A DNA stretch of 64,000 nt from Promethearchaeota archaeon (GCA_019058365.1 JAHPZE010000006.1:96001-160000); one strand, 5' to 3'; counted from the first letter of the stretch, positions 1 through 10,357 are shown. The notes: a model not told the origin generated them from the sequence alone. Program-made: numbers and translations.

Positions 1-536
1 AGAATTGGTTCAGGCATAGTTGATTGTATCTTAATTGGTAATCCATCTTTGGTAATAATTGCTAACACTAGAGTATTTGGTATCGCTCTTTTCAAACCTT
101 TAAATATTTCTTCTTTAAGAATATCTGATGTTTCTGCAATAGCGGTTATTTGTAGGCTTAATTTTTGTAGTCTATTAATAAATGAATCTAATCCTTCAAG
201 TTCAGCTAACTCTCTATTTAAATAACTTATCATTGTAATATGTTCTGTTAATATGGAGAGGACAATTTTTTCCTTACCAATAATTAAGTTATAAGAAACA
301 TCTTGATTTAGTGAATCTCTTAACATTTTAGATGAAAGGTATACAAGGCTACTATTTGCTGCTGTAATTTCACCCATTGTCATTTTAACTTCTTTTTTAA
401 ATTTGCTTGCTATTTTTGTTCCCTCAGCGGTTCCAACATTGATTCCCAGAATAGCTGGTGCTGAATCAAGCTCTTTTTCTATTATTTCAGATACATCTGA
501 TTCTAATTCTTCGATTATTTTTTCTTGCTTTTCCAT
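1..536 (-). CDS. Roadblock/LC7-like protein, probably tandem roadblock domains (runs off the left edge; not in ORF track)
   Basis: Manual translation from ATG at 536: MEKQEKIIEELESDV...AILGINVGTAEGTKIAS...ITAANSSLVYLSSKM...then IPNTLVLAIITKDGLPIKIQS. Two roadblock-type 'hhh-T-x-(D/E)-G-x-x-I' starts; frame open to position 1. Confidence 0.65.
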   Translation of the reverse strand, partial: MEKQEKIIEELESDVSEIIEKELDSAPAILGINVGTAEGTKIASKFKKEVKMTMGEITAANSSLVYLSSKMLRDSLNQDVSYNLIIGKEKIVLSILTEHITMISYLNRELAELEGLDSFINRLQKLSLQITAIAETSDILKEEIFKGLKRAIPNTLVLAIITKDGLPIKIQSTMPEPI

Positions 537-629
537 GGAAGAATATTGTATATCTGAAAATAAAAAGCTATTCTAATTATTTAATAATAATAATAAAATA
601 TGAACTAGTACGGTTAGAATGTTTAATAA

Positions 630-941
630 TTGAAGATTAAATTAATTAATTATGTAATTATGTTAACAGGTTGTTATGATACAAGATTAAAACCGCTCTC
701 TTATCGAAGTCCAAAAACTCTACTTGAAATCGCTTATGTAATAATTAGAAAATATTGCAGAATCGGTGATTTTTGTGATTTATCAGATATTATTATTTTC
801 GATAATACCATTATTGGCAAATCATGCAAATTAAATTGGTGTATTATAGATGAGAATATAAAAATACCAGACAAGTTTAATACAACAAATTGTTTTATTA
901 TTAAAAATGATAAAAAAGAATTAGAAATAATAACTTATTAA
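630..941 (+). pseudogene. Internally deleted NDP-sugar pyrophosphorylase (nucleotidyltransferase) remnant
   Basis: Degenerate N-terminal signature IMLTGCYDTRLKPLSYRSPKTLLEI (cf. LAGGxGTRLxPLTxxxPKPL) joined directly to left-handed beta-helix hexapeptides (IIRKYCRIGDFCDLSDIIIFDNTIIGKSCKL); the catalytic core is absent. Confidence 0.7.
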
Positions 942-995
942 ATTTTAATCATTATAGTAAAAATTATAAATAAATAATATTGTGATCTTGTTATA

Positions 996-1796
996 ATGGA
1001 TTACGAAATAAAAAAACAATTAGAGACTAAGGATAATCTTATTAAATTAAAAGATGAACAAGTGAAAACTCTTGAGAACTCTCTATTATTAAAGGATGAG
1101 CAAATCAAGACTCTTGAGAAGACAATAAAGACTAAGGATGAAGAAACTAGAACTTTAGAAAAAACTGTCTCATTAAAAGAAGAAGAAATTAAGAAATTAA
1201 GTTCTTCTGCAATTGATCCAAATTTTTTAAAAGATCAAGATGAAACTATTACTCAGCTTCAGAAAGAGATAGAAATATTAAATGAGGAATTAACTAAAGC
1301 GGATGAAGATTTGGAAGGCTTAGAATTAGAAAATGAGAAACTAAAAAATGCTCAAACTAGTTCTAAAGAAGTAAAAATCATAGATTTTACAAACACTCAG
1401 ATTAAGAAATCTAAAATTCTTGAAAAAATGAAAGCTTTATTAGAAAATGCTATAGCGAATGTTACCATTGTTGTTCCTAGTATTGAAGATTTGCAGGAAC
1501 TCTATTTATATGAACTTAGATCTTCTGTTAGTATGAAGATTGCGTGTTCAATTAATCCAGGAATTGATGAGCATAGGGAATTACTGGAGGAATTTGAAAG
1601 TTTAGATAATATTTCCCTTAGAAATTACGAAAGAAAAGATAGATATGTCATAACTAGGGATGGAGAGGAACTATTTTTTGCCGCAATTGGTAACTCTGAT
1701 GAGAATCATCTCGTATTCCATACAAGAGACCCAAAACATATCACATTATTCAGTTCCTTAGCCACTGATGGCTGGATCCAGAGTAGAAAAGTGTAG
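996..1796 (+). CDS. Coiled-coil protein with 14-aa repeats and a C-terminal TrmB/PLD-like domain
   Basis: Repeats KDEQVKTLENSLLL/KDEQIKTLEKTIKT/KDEETRTLEKTVSL. The C-terminal alpha/beta domain resembles part of the 35311..37335 protein. Confidence 0.55.
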   Translation: MDYEIKKQLETKDNLIKLKDEQVKTLENSLLLKDEQIKTLEKTIKTKDEETRTLEKTVSLKEEEIKKLSSSAIDPNFLKDQDETITQLQKEIEILNEELTKADEDLEGLELENEKLKNAQTSSKEVKIIDFTNTQIKKSKILEKMKALLENAIANVTIVVPSIEDLQELYLYELRSSVSMKIACSINPGIDEHRELLEEFESLDNISLRNYERKDRYVITRDGEELFFAAIGNSDENHLVFHTRDPKHITLFSSLATDGWIQSRKV

Positions 1797-1799
1797 AAT

Positions 1800-2528
1800 T
1801 TAAAATATCGGACACTTCTCTTTTACACATTTATCATTAATGTTTGAAAAACAACATCTTTCAAAGGTATAACCTAAATCTATATTGAACTTTTCTTTTA
1901 AGAATTTAATAGTCTCTTTGATCGATAACCTCACTGATCTTTTACAACAGTGCTCTAAGTTATCAGCGATTTTATTTAATGATCTTGATGTTATTTGATT
2001 TGCTAATGTCCTTGGAGAATCTGTAGATGGAGTTGCTCCTGTGAAAATACTTATTGCTATCCCAGATCCCATTCCAGCACCACATGATCCATAAAAGCCG
2101 CACCACCCACCTGGAACTTTAGAGGCTCTTCGTATTGCTTCTTTAATATCAAATAAATTTATCTCGGTTCCATCAGGTTTTTTTATTTTATTGTTTTTAA
2201 GAGCTGTTAAAATAACCGCAGGGGTTAAAACATGATGTTCTGGACCATAAACTTTGAATTTAGGATGCTTCATTATTAAATCTGCTAATTTAAATGGATC
2301 TTTAATCTTTGTTTCCCCACAAATTCTTTCAATGAGTTCAATAGGACCTTTGGAATGACAAGTATCACATATATAATGACCTTCTTCACAGTAAATATTA
2401 GAATTAAATATATATCCACAAAATTCACATTTAAGTTCTTTATAGTCTTCCTGTTTTGTCCCATAGATTAAATTTTTATGGCAAATCTCACACTTATCAC
2501 TTTTTTTTTCAGACATTAATAATCGCAA
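1800..2528 (-). CDS. DUF5714-type Cys-rich metal-binding protein
   Basis: CxxC clusters, GHYICDTCH, GPEHH, GGWCGFYGSCG, CCKR motifs. Confidence 0.75.
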   Translation of the reverse strand: MRLLMSEKKSDKCEICHKNLIYGTKQEDYKELKCEFCGYIFNSNIYCEEGHYICDTCHSKGPIELIERICGETKIKDPFKLADLIMKHPKFKVYGPEHHVLTPAVILTALKNNKIKKPDGTEINLFDIKEAIRRASKVPGGWCGFYGSCGAGMGSGIAISIFTGATPSTDSPRTLANQITSRSLNKIADNLEHCCKRSVRLSIKETIKFLKEKFNIDLGYTFERCCFSNINDKCVKEKCPIF

Positions 2529-2537
2529 CTTTAAAAT

Positions 2538-3401
2538 TTACGGTATTTCTATAAATGTTCTTTTTCTTTTATAAAAATGAGCTAATTTAGTATAACCTAT
2601 CTTGCTTACCAATTTTATCATTTTATTAAATTTATAACCTAACTCATTAGGATGATGAGCATCTGACCCTAAGAGAATTGGAATATCTAATTCATACATT
2701 TTTTCAATAATTTCAAAACTAGGGTATTGTTCTTTTATTTCTTTTCTTAATCCCCCTGTATTAATTTCAACTGTTAAATCTCTCCTTTTAACACACTCAA
2801 GAGTTTTAATTACTTCATTCATAACCAATTCTTTGTCTATTGCTCTCTTTTTATATTTTTTTGGTAAATCAAAATGACTTACAACGTCAAAGTCAAATTC
2901 TTCTGAGGTGATCATGTCCTGTAATTTGTGATAATATTCTAAATAGATATTATCAATACTATCATATTCTTTATACATACTTAAAAATCTTCTATCATCA
3001 ACAGCAAATAATTTTGATTTTCCATGTAATATGTGGACCGAACCTAGGATATAGTCTAAATTATTCAATCTATTCTTAATCTGTAAATTTAAAAAACTCT
3101 CTTGACTTTTAAAGTAATCGACCTCAAATGCTACTCTTAACTGAATTTTATTTTTATATATATCTCTTAATCTTTGTATAGACGAGAGATATAAATCAAC
3201 TTCATTTAAGCTCATAGCATATTCTTGATATGGAACTTCTTCTATTAAGATAGAACTACTCTTAAGATATTCATATGGGAAATGATCACTAATTCCAATA
3301 AGATCTAATTTCTTATCGATAGCTTTTTTAATATAATCCTCAATCGAGCCAACTGCGTGATGGCACATTTGATTGTGAGTATGATAATCTTCTAAAACCA
3401 T
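2538..3401 (-). CDS. Histidinol-phosphatase, HisJ/PHP family
   Basis: DYHTH, SDH, GSVH, SHFD, EINTGG, GSDAH PHP motifs. Confidence 0.85.
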   Translation of the reverse strand: MVLEDYHTHNQMCHHAVGSIEDYIKKAIDKKLDLIGISDHFPYEYLKSSSILIEEVPYQEYAMSLNEVDLYLSSIQRLRDIYKNKIQLRVAFEVDYFKSQESFLNLQIKNRLNNLDYILGSVHILHGKSKLFAVDDRRFLSMYKEYDSIDNIYLEYYHKLQDMITSEEFDFDVVSHFDLPKKYKKRAIDKELVMNEVIKTLECVKRRDLTVEINTGGLRKEIKEQYPSFEIIEKMYELDIPILLGSDAHHPNELGYKFNKMIKLVSKIGYTKLAHFYKRKRTFIEIP

Positions 3402-3467
3402 CTTGTATTTATAAAATAATATAAATTAGATAAAATTAATCATAACAAAATATAAGCTGATTAGTTT

Positions 3468-4277
3468 TTGGAATTTAAAAACAAAATATTTGATGGTGAA
3501 TATGAAGTATCTGAAGTTCAGATTAATAATGAAGGACAAATCTTTCGAGGATTATTGTATTTTCCAGCAGAAAGATTTAAAAAACCTTATCCATTAGTGA
3601 TATATTTCCATGGATTTCCAGAGTTATTTTCATTAACAGAGAATGTAAAAAAGTATAAATATATTTTAGATTTGGGTTACTCCCTTATTGTTTTTAATTT
3701 TCGAGGATATCGAATTAGTGAGGGCTCGATTTCAATTGGTTCTCAAATCTCTGATAGTTTAAAGATAATTGAATTTGTAAAAATAATGACAAAAAAGAAA
3801 ATTTTCGATATTAATAGTATTAATATTATAGGTTATGATTTTGGAGCACATATAGCTTTAATGGTATGTTCTAGAATTGAAACTATAAATAAATTGATAA
3901 TTGTCAGTCCAATTATAGATTTAAAAAAACATGTTTATAGTAAAGACTTTCCAAGAGCTTTGAGTTACATTAACAGATTTCTTCCCAGTTGTATCAATAG
4001 AATTGAAAATATCGAAGAATTTATTAAGTCTACAAAAGAAGAGTTAGATAATGACCAATTGCAAATTGAGATATTTATAAATCAGTTGAAATTAAAAAAA
4101 CTAAAAATAATTATCGGAGAAAATGATAAATTAACACCTATAGCAGAAATAAACAGTATATTTCAGGGAGTAAATATTAATTACGAGCTTTCTATTATTA
4201 ATGGTGCAGATCATGATTTTAATGATGATGAGGAATTAGAAAAATTGAATAAAGAGATAATAAAGTGTTTCATATAG
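3468..4277 (+). CDS. Alpha/beta-fold hydrolase with atypical Asp at the nucleophile elbow
   Basis: FHGF oxyanion motif, NFRGY, GYDFG elbow, GEND acid, GADH histidine. Confidence 0.8.
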   Translation: MEFKNKIFDGEYEVSEVQINNEGQIFRGLLYFPAERFKKPYPLVIYFHGFPELFSLTENVKKYKYILDLGYSLIVFNFRGYRISEGSISIGSQISDSLKIIEFVKIMTKKKIFDINSINIIGYDFGAHIALMVCSRIETINKLIIVSPIIDLKKHVYSKDFPRALSYINRFLPSCINRIENIEEFIKSTKEELDNDQLQIEIFINQLKLKKLKIIIGENDKLTPIAEINSIFQGVNINYELSIINGADHDFNDDEELEKLNKEIIKCFI

Positions 4278-4795
4278 TCACTTTTTCTATTGAGGGTCTA
4301 AATTTGAACAAATATCATTTGAGACGGATTGAAAAAGAAATATCTAATAAAAAGGAATTATTAGGGATCCTTAAAAAGGGAAAATATACAATTATTTCGC
4401 TGTGTAAAGAGAATAAACCTTATATTGTAGCTCTAAGTTATGGATATGATGAATCTAAACATGCTTTATATTTTCATTGTGCTAAAGAAGGGCAAAAACT
4501 GGATTTTATAAAATCTAATCCATATGTTTGTGGTACTATTATTGAAGATAATGGTTACAAAGATGGATGTGGTCAAGCATTCCGTTCAATCGTATTTAGG
4601 GGGAAAATAGTGATTATTGAAGAATTAGAAGAAAAAAAATATGGATTTGACATTTTAATAGATCAACTGGAAAACGATCCTAATACCATTAAAAGTAAAT
4701 TCCTTAAAAAAGATACAACGTATGAAAACTCAGGTATTTTAAGATTAGATATTACAGATATTACTGGTAAAGAAGAAAAATCAGATTCCCAATAA
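4265..4795 (+). CDS. Pyridoxamine 5'-phosphate oxidase/NimA-like flavin-binding protein
   Basis: PYIVALSYGY, LYFHCAKEGQKLD, SIVFRGK, ITGK. The true start is probably TTG near 4303. Confidence 0.85.
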   Translation: MFHIVTFSIEGLNLNKYHLRRIEKEISNKKELLGILKKGKYTIISLCKENKPYIVALSYGYDESKHALYFHCAKEGQKLDFIKSNPYVCGTIIEDNGYKDGCGQAFRSIVFRGKIVIIEELEEKKYGFDILIDQLENDPNTIKSKFLKKDTTYENSGILRLDITDITGKEEKSDSQ

Positions 4796-4807
4796 AATAG
4801 TTTAACT

Positions 4808-5608
4808 CTAAAATTTAATTGATTTAAATACAGTTTGCCAACAATATTGCTTCAAAAAATCAATTTTATATAAGGGAAATTCAATTAATTGAAGTATTTT
4901 ATAAAGAATTCTAAATATTTTTGGTTTTTTGAAAATAATTTTAAAAATCTCAGTCGATGGAGAAATAATATAATATTCAGCATGCTTAATATTACTAAAT
5001 ATTTTTTTTGCTTTCATAACATCTGATAATAATAAAGGATGTTCATGTTTAGTTCTTTTTTTTGGATTTAGATGTTTCCTATTCATTTCTACTATAGGAT
5101 TTTTTTTTAGTGGTTCTATAAAGGTAATGAACCCTTTTTTTTTGAGTAAACGTTTACATTCTCGAAAGAATAGCCCGATATCTGGTAAATGATGAAGAAT
5201 TCTAGAACCTACAATGATATCAAACGTGTTATCTTCAAAATCTGGAATTTGGGCATTCATAACTCGAAAATCTACATTAAGGTTTAATTCATTCATTTGA
5301 CTTTTACAGAAATTTATAAAATTTTTTGAAAGATCGATTCCTATTACATCAGCCCCCTTTCGAGCTAAATAAAAAGAAAGATTACCTCGACCACAGCCAA
5401 TATCTAACACTTTCTTTCCTTCAATATTTCCTAGCATGTTTTTTAATGTTATATTAACTTGTTTAAAAAAACTCTCTTCTTCTAAATCAAATATTTTTCC
5501 CGGACGTAACATCTTTTTATTATAATAACTTTCTTCATCTCTGAATATGTGGGTATACTTTGAAAGTGTTTTCTTTTTTTCTTGATCATCCATAAATATC
5601 GAATCCAA
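4808..5608 (-). CDS. Class I SAM-dependent methyltransferase
   Basis: VLDIGCGRG motif I, FDIIVG, ILHH, FIEP. Confidence 0.9.
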   Translation of the reverse strand: MDSIFMDDQEKKKTLSKYTHIFRDEESYYNKKMLRPGKIFDLEEESFFKQVNITLKNMLGNIEGKKVLDIGCGRGNLSFYLARKGADVIGIDLSKNFINFCKSQMNELNLNVDFRVMNAQIPDFEDNTFDIIVGSRILHHLPDIGLFFRECKRLLKKKGFITFIEPLKKNPIVEMNRKHLNPKKRTKHEHPLLLSDVMKAKKIFSNIKHAEYYIISPSTEIFKIIFKKPKIFRILYKILQLIEFPLYKIDFLKQYCWQTVFKSIKF

Positions 5609-5696
5609 CCGTATCTTAATAGTAATATTTAATTCTTTAAAATAAATATATTGAAATGTTATTGAATGCCATCACTAAAAACGTTAATAAAAATCT

Positions 5697-7058
5697 ATGA
5701 TTAGAAAGTATCAAGAAATATATGATATAGATATTGAGGAAGCAGAATTTTTTTTAAAATTAGAAAAGTCATTAACCAAGGCTAAAAGGAATGAAGATAC
5801 GAAAATAGGATACTTTAAAAAGTTCCAAGCCAATAACATTGATTTATTCAAAAATAATAACTATTATAGTTATGTAAATGAAGAATCACATATTATTGCA
5901 TTAGATTTGAGTCGATGGGAAATAAAAGAACTTCCAGAATCTATTGGGAAACTGTCAAAGCTACAATATTTAAGTTTAGCTAATCTTGAATTGAAAAGTT
6001 TGCCTGAATCTATTAAATATCTCTCTCACCTTAAATACTTTAATTTAGGGGGCAATAAGTTTAGTAGTTTACCAAAATGGTTGATTGATTTTGTTGGAAG
6101 TAAATTCTCACAAAATTATATAAATAAGGGGGTAAATACTATAGAAGCAAAAGTGCTAAGTATATTAGAAGTTCTTAAAGGAAATAGATTGGAAAAAGTA
6201 AGTATAGAAAGTGATGTAATTCATTGGGAATATGCTTTAAATTATAAGATTAACAAGGAAGGAAATATAATAGGGATATATATAAATGATGAGAAAATGG
6301 GAATTGGAATCTTCCCCGAACTAATATGTACTCTTAACTATCTCCAAGATTTAGTTTTACCACAATCATCGTTAGAATTCTTACCAAATTGTATTGGTGA
6401 ACTTCATAATCTCAGATATTTGGATCTATCTTTTAACAGAATTAATTATATCCCAGAGTCAATAGATAAGTTAGTAAATTTAGAGTATTTAGACCTAAAT
6501 GATAATGAAATCTCTGAAGAAAAGTTATCTTCTCTAAAATGGAGCAAAAATGGGCAATTATCTCTTGATAAGGGTGATTTTAATAGTGTAATTCAAGAAT
6601 GTAACAATACATTAAAAATATATCCTAAAAATAAAAGTGTTTGGTTCAACTTAGGAATCGCTTATAAAGAGGTAGGGGAATATTCTAAAGCTGAAGAAGC
6701 ATTTAAAAAGTTTTTAGAAATCGATCCACTAGGTTCAGTTGTATGGAGTAATCTAAGTGATATTTATTATCAAAAGGGAGATTATACTAATGCTATTACT
6801 ACAATAGAGCAGGCTTTAAAAATTGAACCGAATGTAGCATTTTTATGGAGTAACCTTGGCTTTAATTTAAAGAAATTGGGAAAATATGATAAAGCTATTA
6901 GTGCATATTTACATTCACTTGATATAAATCCAAAAAATAAAAATGTATGGAAAGATTTAGCACTAATTTATCGCTACAAAGGCGATTACATGAAAGCTAT
7001 TGAAGCTGATGAACATGCTTTAGAAATTGAACTAAACCCAAACGATGAACAGAAATAG
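5697..7058 (+). CDS. Leucine-rich repeat + TPR protein
   Basis: Two LRR blocks (LPESIGKLSKLQYLSL; LPNCIGELHNLRYLDLSFNRI) followed by about 4-5 TPRs (WFNLGIAY...A...F...LEIDP). Confidence 0.9.
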   Translation: MIRKYQEIYDIDIEEAEFFLKLEKSLTKAKRNEDTKIGYFKKFQANNIDLFKNNNYYSYVNEESHIIALDLSRWEIKELPESIGKLSKLQYLSLANLELKSLPESIKYLSHLKYFNLGGNKFSSLPKWLIDFVGSKFSQNYINKGVNTIEAKVLSILEVLKGNRLEKVSIESDVIHWEYALNYKINKEGNIIGIYINDEKMGIGIFPELICTLNYLQDLVLPQSSLEFLPNCIGELHNLRYLDLSFNRINYIPESIDKLVNLEYLDLNDNEISEEKLSSLKWSKNGQLSLDKGDFNSVIQECNNTLKIYPKNKSVWFNLGIAYKEVGEYSKAEEAFKKFLEIDPLGSVVWSNLSDIYYQKGDYTNAITTIEQALKIEPNVAFLWSNLGFNLKKLGKYDKAISAYLHSLDINPKNKNVWKDLALIYRYKGDYMKAIEADEHALEIELNPNDEQK

Positions 7059-7065
7059 AGGAAGG

Positions 7066-7716
7066 TTAATCTAAATATTTATTAATGTATCGTTGAACTT
7101 CGCTCGCAGGTTGAAAGATCCCGAAATGTCCCTCACATAGGATATCTGCGTTAAGATCTAAGAGTTTTCTTAACGAATTTTGATAATCATCATAGTTACT
7201 TACGCCAGGAATAATTGGTCCATGCAAATCTTGCCCAAATAGAATTTTCTTTTTATCTTTAGTTTCGATCAATATTGAAATAGAACCTGGAGTATGGCCT
7301 GGTGTATGAATGCATTGAAATTCATAGATTCCAAATTTTAAAATTTCTAAATTCCCTTTCAATTTTTTTGTGAGTTTAATAGGTTGATACTTTACGCCAT
7401 ACCACATAGCTGCTGTTTCTTTATCATGCCCCATCTCTTCTATTGCTTCTGCATCAAATTCATGAGCATAGTAATTCACATTTTTATTATATTGTTTTAA
7501 ATCATAACACGCAGCGATATGATCTATATGGAAATGAGTTATAATACAATGTTTTATCTCCATTGGATCTAAATTGAGTTTAGTGATCTTTTTTATCATT
7601 TCAAGGCTCATTCCACAATCTATTAAAACAAGCCCTTCTTCACTATGAGTATTTACTAAATAAACTGAACAACCAGAATCTCCTATATGATAAATATCCT
7701 CAAAAATTTCTCTCAA
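7066..7716 (-). CDS. Metallo-beta-lactamase-fold hydrolase (glyoxalase II-like)
   Basis: LIDCG, THFHIDH, TPGHTPGS, EGH. Confidence 0.9.
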   Translation of the reverse strand: MREIFEDIYHIGDSGCSVYLVNTHSEEGLVLIDCGMSLEMIKKITKLNLDPMEIKHCIITHFHIDHIAACYDLKQYNKNVNYYAHEFDAEAIEEMGHDKETAAMWYGVKYQPIKLTKKLKGNLEILKFGIYEFQCIHTPGHTPGSISILIETKDKKKILFGQDLHGPIIPGVSNYDDYQNSLRKLLDLNADILCEGHFGIFQPASEVQRYINKYLD

Positions 7717-7799
7717 ATTTTATTCTCCTTACCTATATTAATCAATCATTATGATTGATTATTTAAAAAATAATAGTTTTGTATATATCTAGATTCAAA

Positions 7800-8597
7800 T
7801 CATGTTGCTTTAATATAAAGTCTTTTATAGAGCAGAATTGTAATAACCGCTGCCATCATTGTTGAAAATAAAACATCTGAGACATAATGAGCTCCAATAA
7901 CAATGCGAGATAAACCAACAAATAGTCCCCATCCAACTATTAAAATATAGGATAAAATCTTAATAATATCCGTATTCTTTCGATCTTTTACTACAATTAA
8001 TAAAGGTAAAAACATCCATCCCATTGCGGTATGACCGCTAGGAAAACTTTGGTTTCCTGTTATCCCTTGCGGCAAAAACCAAGGAGTATAATCTATAAAA
8101 CCAGGAGCAAGATCTCTAAATCGAACTCTTCCCCATAAAAGTTTAATTATTTGTACAAATAATAACGGATTGATGATTGCTAACAGCAAAATTATTCCTG
8201 CTAAAGTTCTATAGGTCTTCCAATCCTTATTCCATGTGATCATTACATAAAATATCATCGGAATAATTAAAGCCCACCCTGTATAAAAATCTGTTTCATT
8301 ATTCGCAAATATGATAAAAAGGATTCCAACAATCACAGATATATAAGCAGGGATTTTTTGTAAATTTAAATTCTTATTAAAACCCCCTAAGTAAGTTGCC
8401 AGTGCTATTGCTATTAATGCATAACCAGGAACTTCTCCAAAATCTCTTCCAAAAATACCCCATTTTGAATTTTGATCTACCACAACTTTAGACATTTCTA
8501 GATCCGTAAAACCAAAAACAATAGCAAGAGTAATCCAAATTAATATTATGGTTAACAGTAACTTTGTGGTTATAGATTCTTTAACATTTTTAAACAT
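7800..8597 (-). CDS. PAP2-family membrane phosphatase
   Basis: KLLWGRVR, SFPSGH, SRIVIGAHYVSDV. Confidence 0.9.
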   Translation of the reverse strand: MFKNVKESITTKLLLTIILIWITLAIVFGFTDLEMSKVVVDQNSKWGIFGRDFGEVPGYALIAIALATYLGGFNKNLNLQKIPAYISVIVGILFIIFANNETDFYTGWALIIPMIFYVMITWNKDWKTYRTLAGIILLLAIINPLLFVQIIKLLWGRVRFRDLAPGFIDYTPWFLPQGITGNQSFPSGHTAMGWMFLPLLIVVKDRKNTDIIKILSYILIVGWGLFVGLSRIVIGAHYVSDVLFSTMMAAVITILLYKRLYIKAT

Positions 8598-8674
8598 TCA
8601 AGCACCTAGTGTCCCATCATCAAAAAATAACCTATTGAAGAAAGTTATAATAATAATCCTAATACATTGATGTA

Positions 8675-9406
8675 TTATTTATAATATTCCCTTATTAGAT
8701 TAAGAACTTTATCTGGATAATCAGTATAAATTGCTTCCACTATTTTGTCCTTATATCTCATATGAATAACTCTTTTCATGTTTACTTTCGTGTTGACTCC
8801 CCAAATATAACATTTAAATCCATTATCTATGATATCAGTAAATAAATCATCAACCATCTTTTTACATCTTACATTTACTACATTTATATCGAGTTTTCTT
8901 AATTTTTCAATGATTCTTGGTTTATTTGATATTTTACTTATATTTTCTGGTAATGTATGTACTAGATTTGATATCCCATTTTGTTTCCTTAATTGCGAAA
9001 GTATCATTAATCTCCGATCTGTAATTTCTATTTTATCTAAGATTGAAGCTTCTTTTGCTAGATGTATCAACCTTACCCCAGCTTCTTTATCAGCAATGTC
9101 AAAACTATAGCGGAGCTCATTCGAGAAATCTTTAAAAGTCTTAAAAAGATCTTTAACTAAGGGGATTCTATTATCCTCTTCAAATATTAAATGATTAATC
9201 TCTTTAAATGTTAAATTATTTACCCGATATAATACTTTTCCTTTTCTGAAATATGGATCATGCAAACATATTAATTTATTATCTTTTGTAATTTGAATGT
9301 CTGTTTCAATTCCCGCGCCCATTCTTACAGCTTTTTTGAAAGAGGGAATTGTATTTTCAATTTCATATCCCGACGCGCCCCTATGCCCAAAAATGTATGG
9401 AATCAT
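8675..9406 (-). CDS. Glycerophosphodiester phosphodiesterase family
   Basis: GHRGASG..ENT, ETDIQITKD, HD, TDYPD. Confidence 0.9.
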   Translation of the reverse strand: MIPYIFGHRGASGYEIENTIPSFKKAVRMGAGIETDIQITKDNKLICLHDPYFRKGKVLYRVNNLTFKEINHLIFEEDNRIPLVKDLFKTFKDFSNELRYSFDIADKEAGVRLIHLAKEASILDKIEITDRRLMILSQLRKQNGISNLVHTLPENISKISNKPRIIEKLRKLDINVVNVRCKKMVDDLFTDIIDNGFKCYIWGVNTKVNMKRVIHMRYKDKIVEAIYTDYPDKVLNLIREYYK

Positions 9407-9499
9407 CTATTTATCAATAAGAAAATAATAAGAAAGTTGAAAAAGATAATTTTTATTGAAATTTAAATTACTTATATTACCTTATATTTACTCAAGATA

Positions 9500-10357
9500 T
9501 TGATTAGAATGGGAGAAAATAACGAAGTAAATTCTAAAGAGGAAAAACAATCTTCCTCTATGAAATTAAAGAACTATCTTAAAAATTTAGTAGATTTTTC
9601 GAATTATGACGCTAAGACAATAATCTATATTATTATATTCATAGTTTTAATTGCTGCATCTTTAGTCTTATTATATTTTATATTTTTTGTAGATAACACA
9701 ATATTATACAAATTTGTTGTAATATATTTTGTAAATCCGGTTTATAACTTAGGAATTATTGGCATCTTTCTTTTTATAGCCATTATGGGGATTCAAGGAC
9801 TTCTTGTCCCTCTTCCTTCTGAAGTTGTACTTTTAGCTACTGGTATGATATGGGGGTGGTTTTGGGGAGGTTTAATGGGAGTCATTGGTTCAATGGCTGC
9901 GGGAATATTATGTTATTATGTAAGTAAACGTGGTGGAAGACCTTTGGCTGAAAAGTTTGTTGGTGAAAAAGCTATTGATATTGCTGATGATTTCATCCAA
10001 AAACATGGTATTAAAGCAATTATTATTACAAGGTTTATTCCATTTATTCCGTTTGATGTGATATCCTACACTTCGGGATTAGTAGATATAGATATAAAAA
10101 CATATTCAATAGGAACCTTGATAGGATCAATCTTTAGAGCTTTCTTTTATGCAACATTAGGGTGGCTACTCTTCATGAGATTTAATCTTACTCTTCCCTT
10201 AGATTTTGATACTTTGCCTTTAAACGTAATTATTGAGCAATCAAATTATTTCAATACTATACTATTAATAATTTTAGCAGCTCTAGCTGGAATGATAATC
10301 TTATATTACATACTAATTAAAAAATTAGAGAAAAAGAGAACTCTAAAAAATGAATAA
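9500..10357 (+). CDS. DedA/TVP38 (VTT) membrane protein
   Basis: PLPSEVV, RFIPFIPFDVISYTSGL, multiple TM segments. Confidence 0.9.
   Translation: MIRMGENNEVNSKEEKQSSSMKLKNYLKNLVDFSNYDAKTIIYIIIFIVLIAASLVLLYFIFFVDNTILYKFVVIYFVNPVYNLGIIGIFLFIAIMGIQGLLVPLPSEVVLLATGMIWGWFWGGLMGVIGSMAAGILCYYVSKRGGRPLAEKFVGEKAIDIADDFIQKHGIKAIIITRFIPFIPFDVISYTSGLVDIDIKTYSIGTLIGSIFRAFFYATLGWLLFMRFNLTLPLDFDTLPLNVIIEQSNYFNTILLIILAALAGMIILYYILIKKLEKKRTLKNE

Noticed and set aside
458-640. 60-aa plus-strand ORF
   Set aside because: It overlaps the roadblock-like gene antisense and has no protein-like features.
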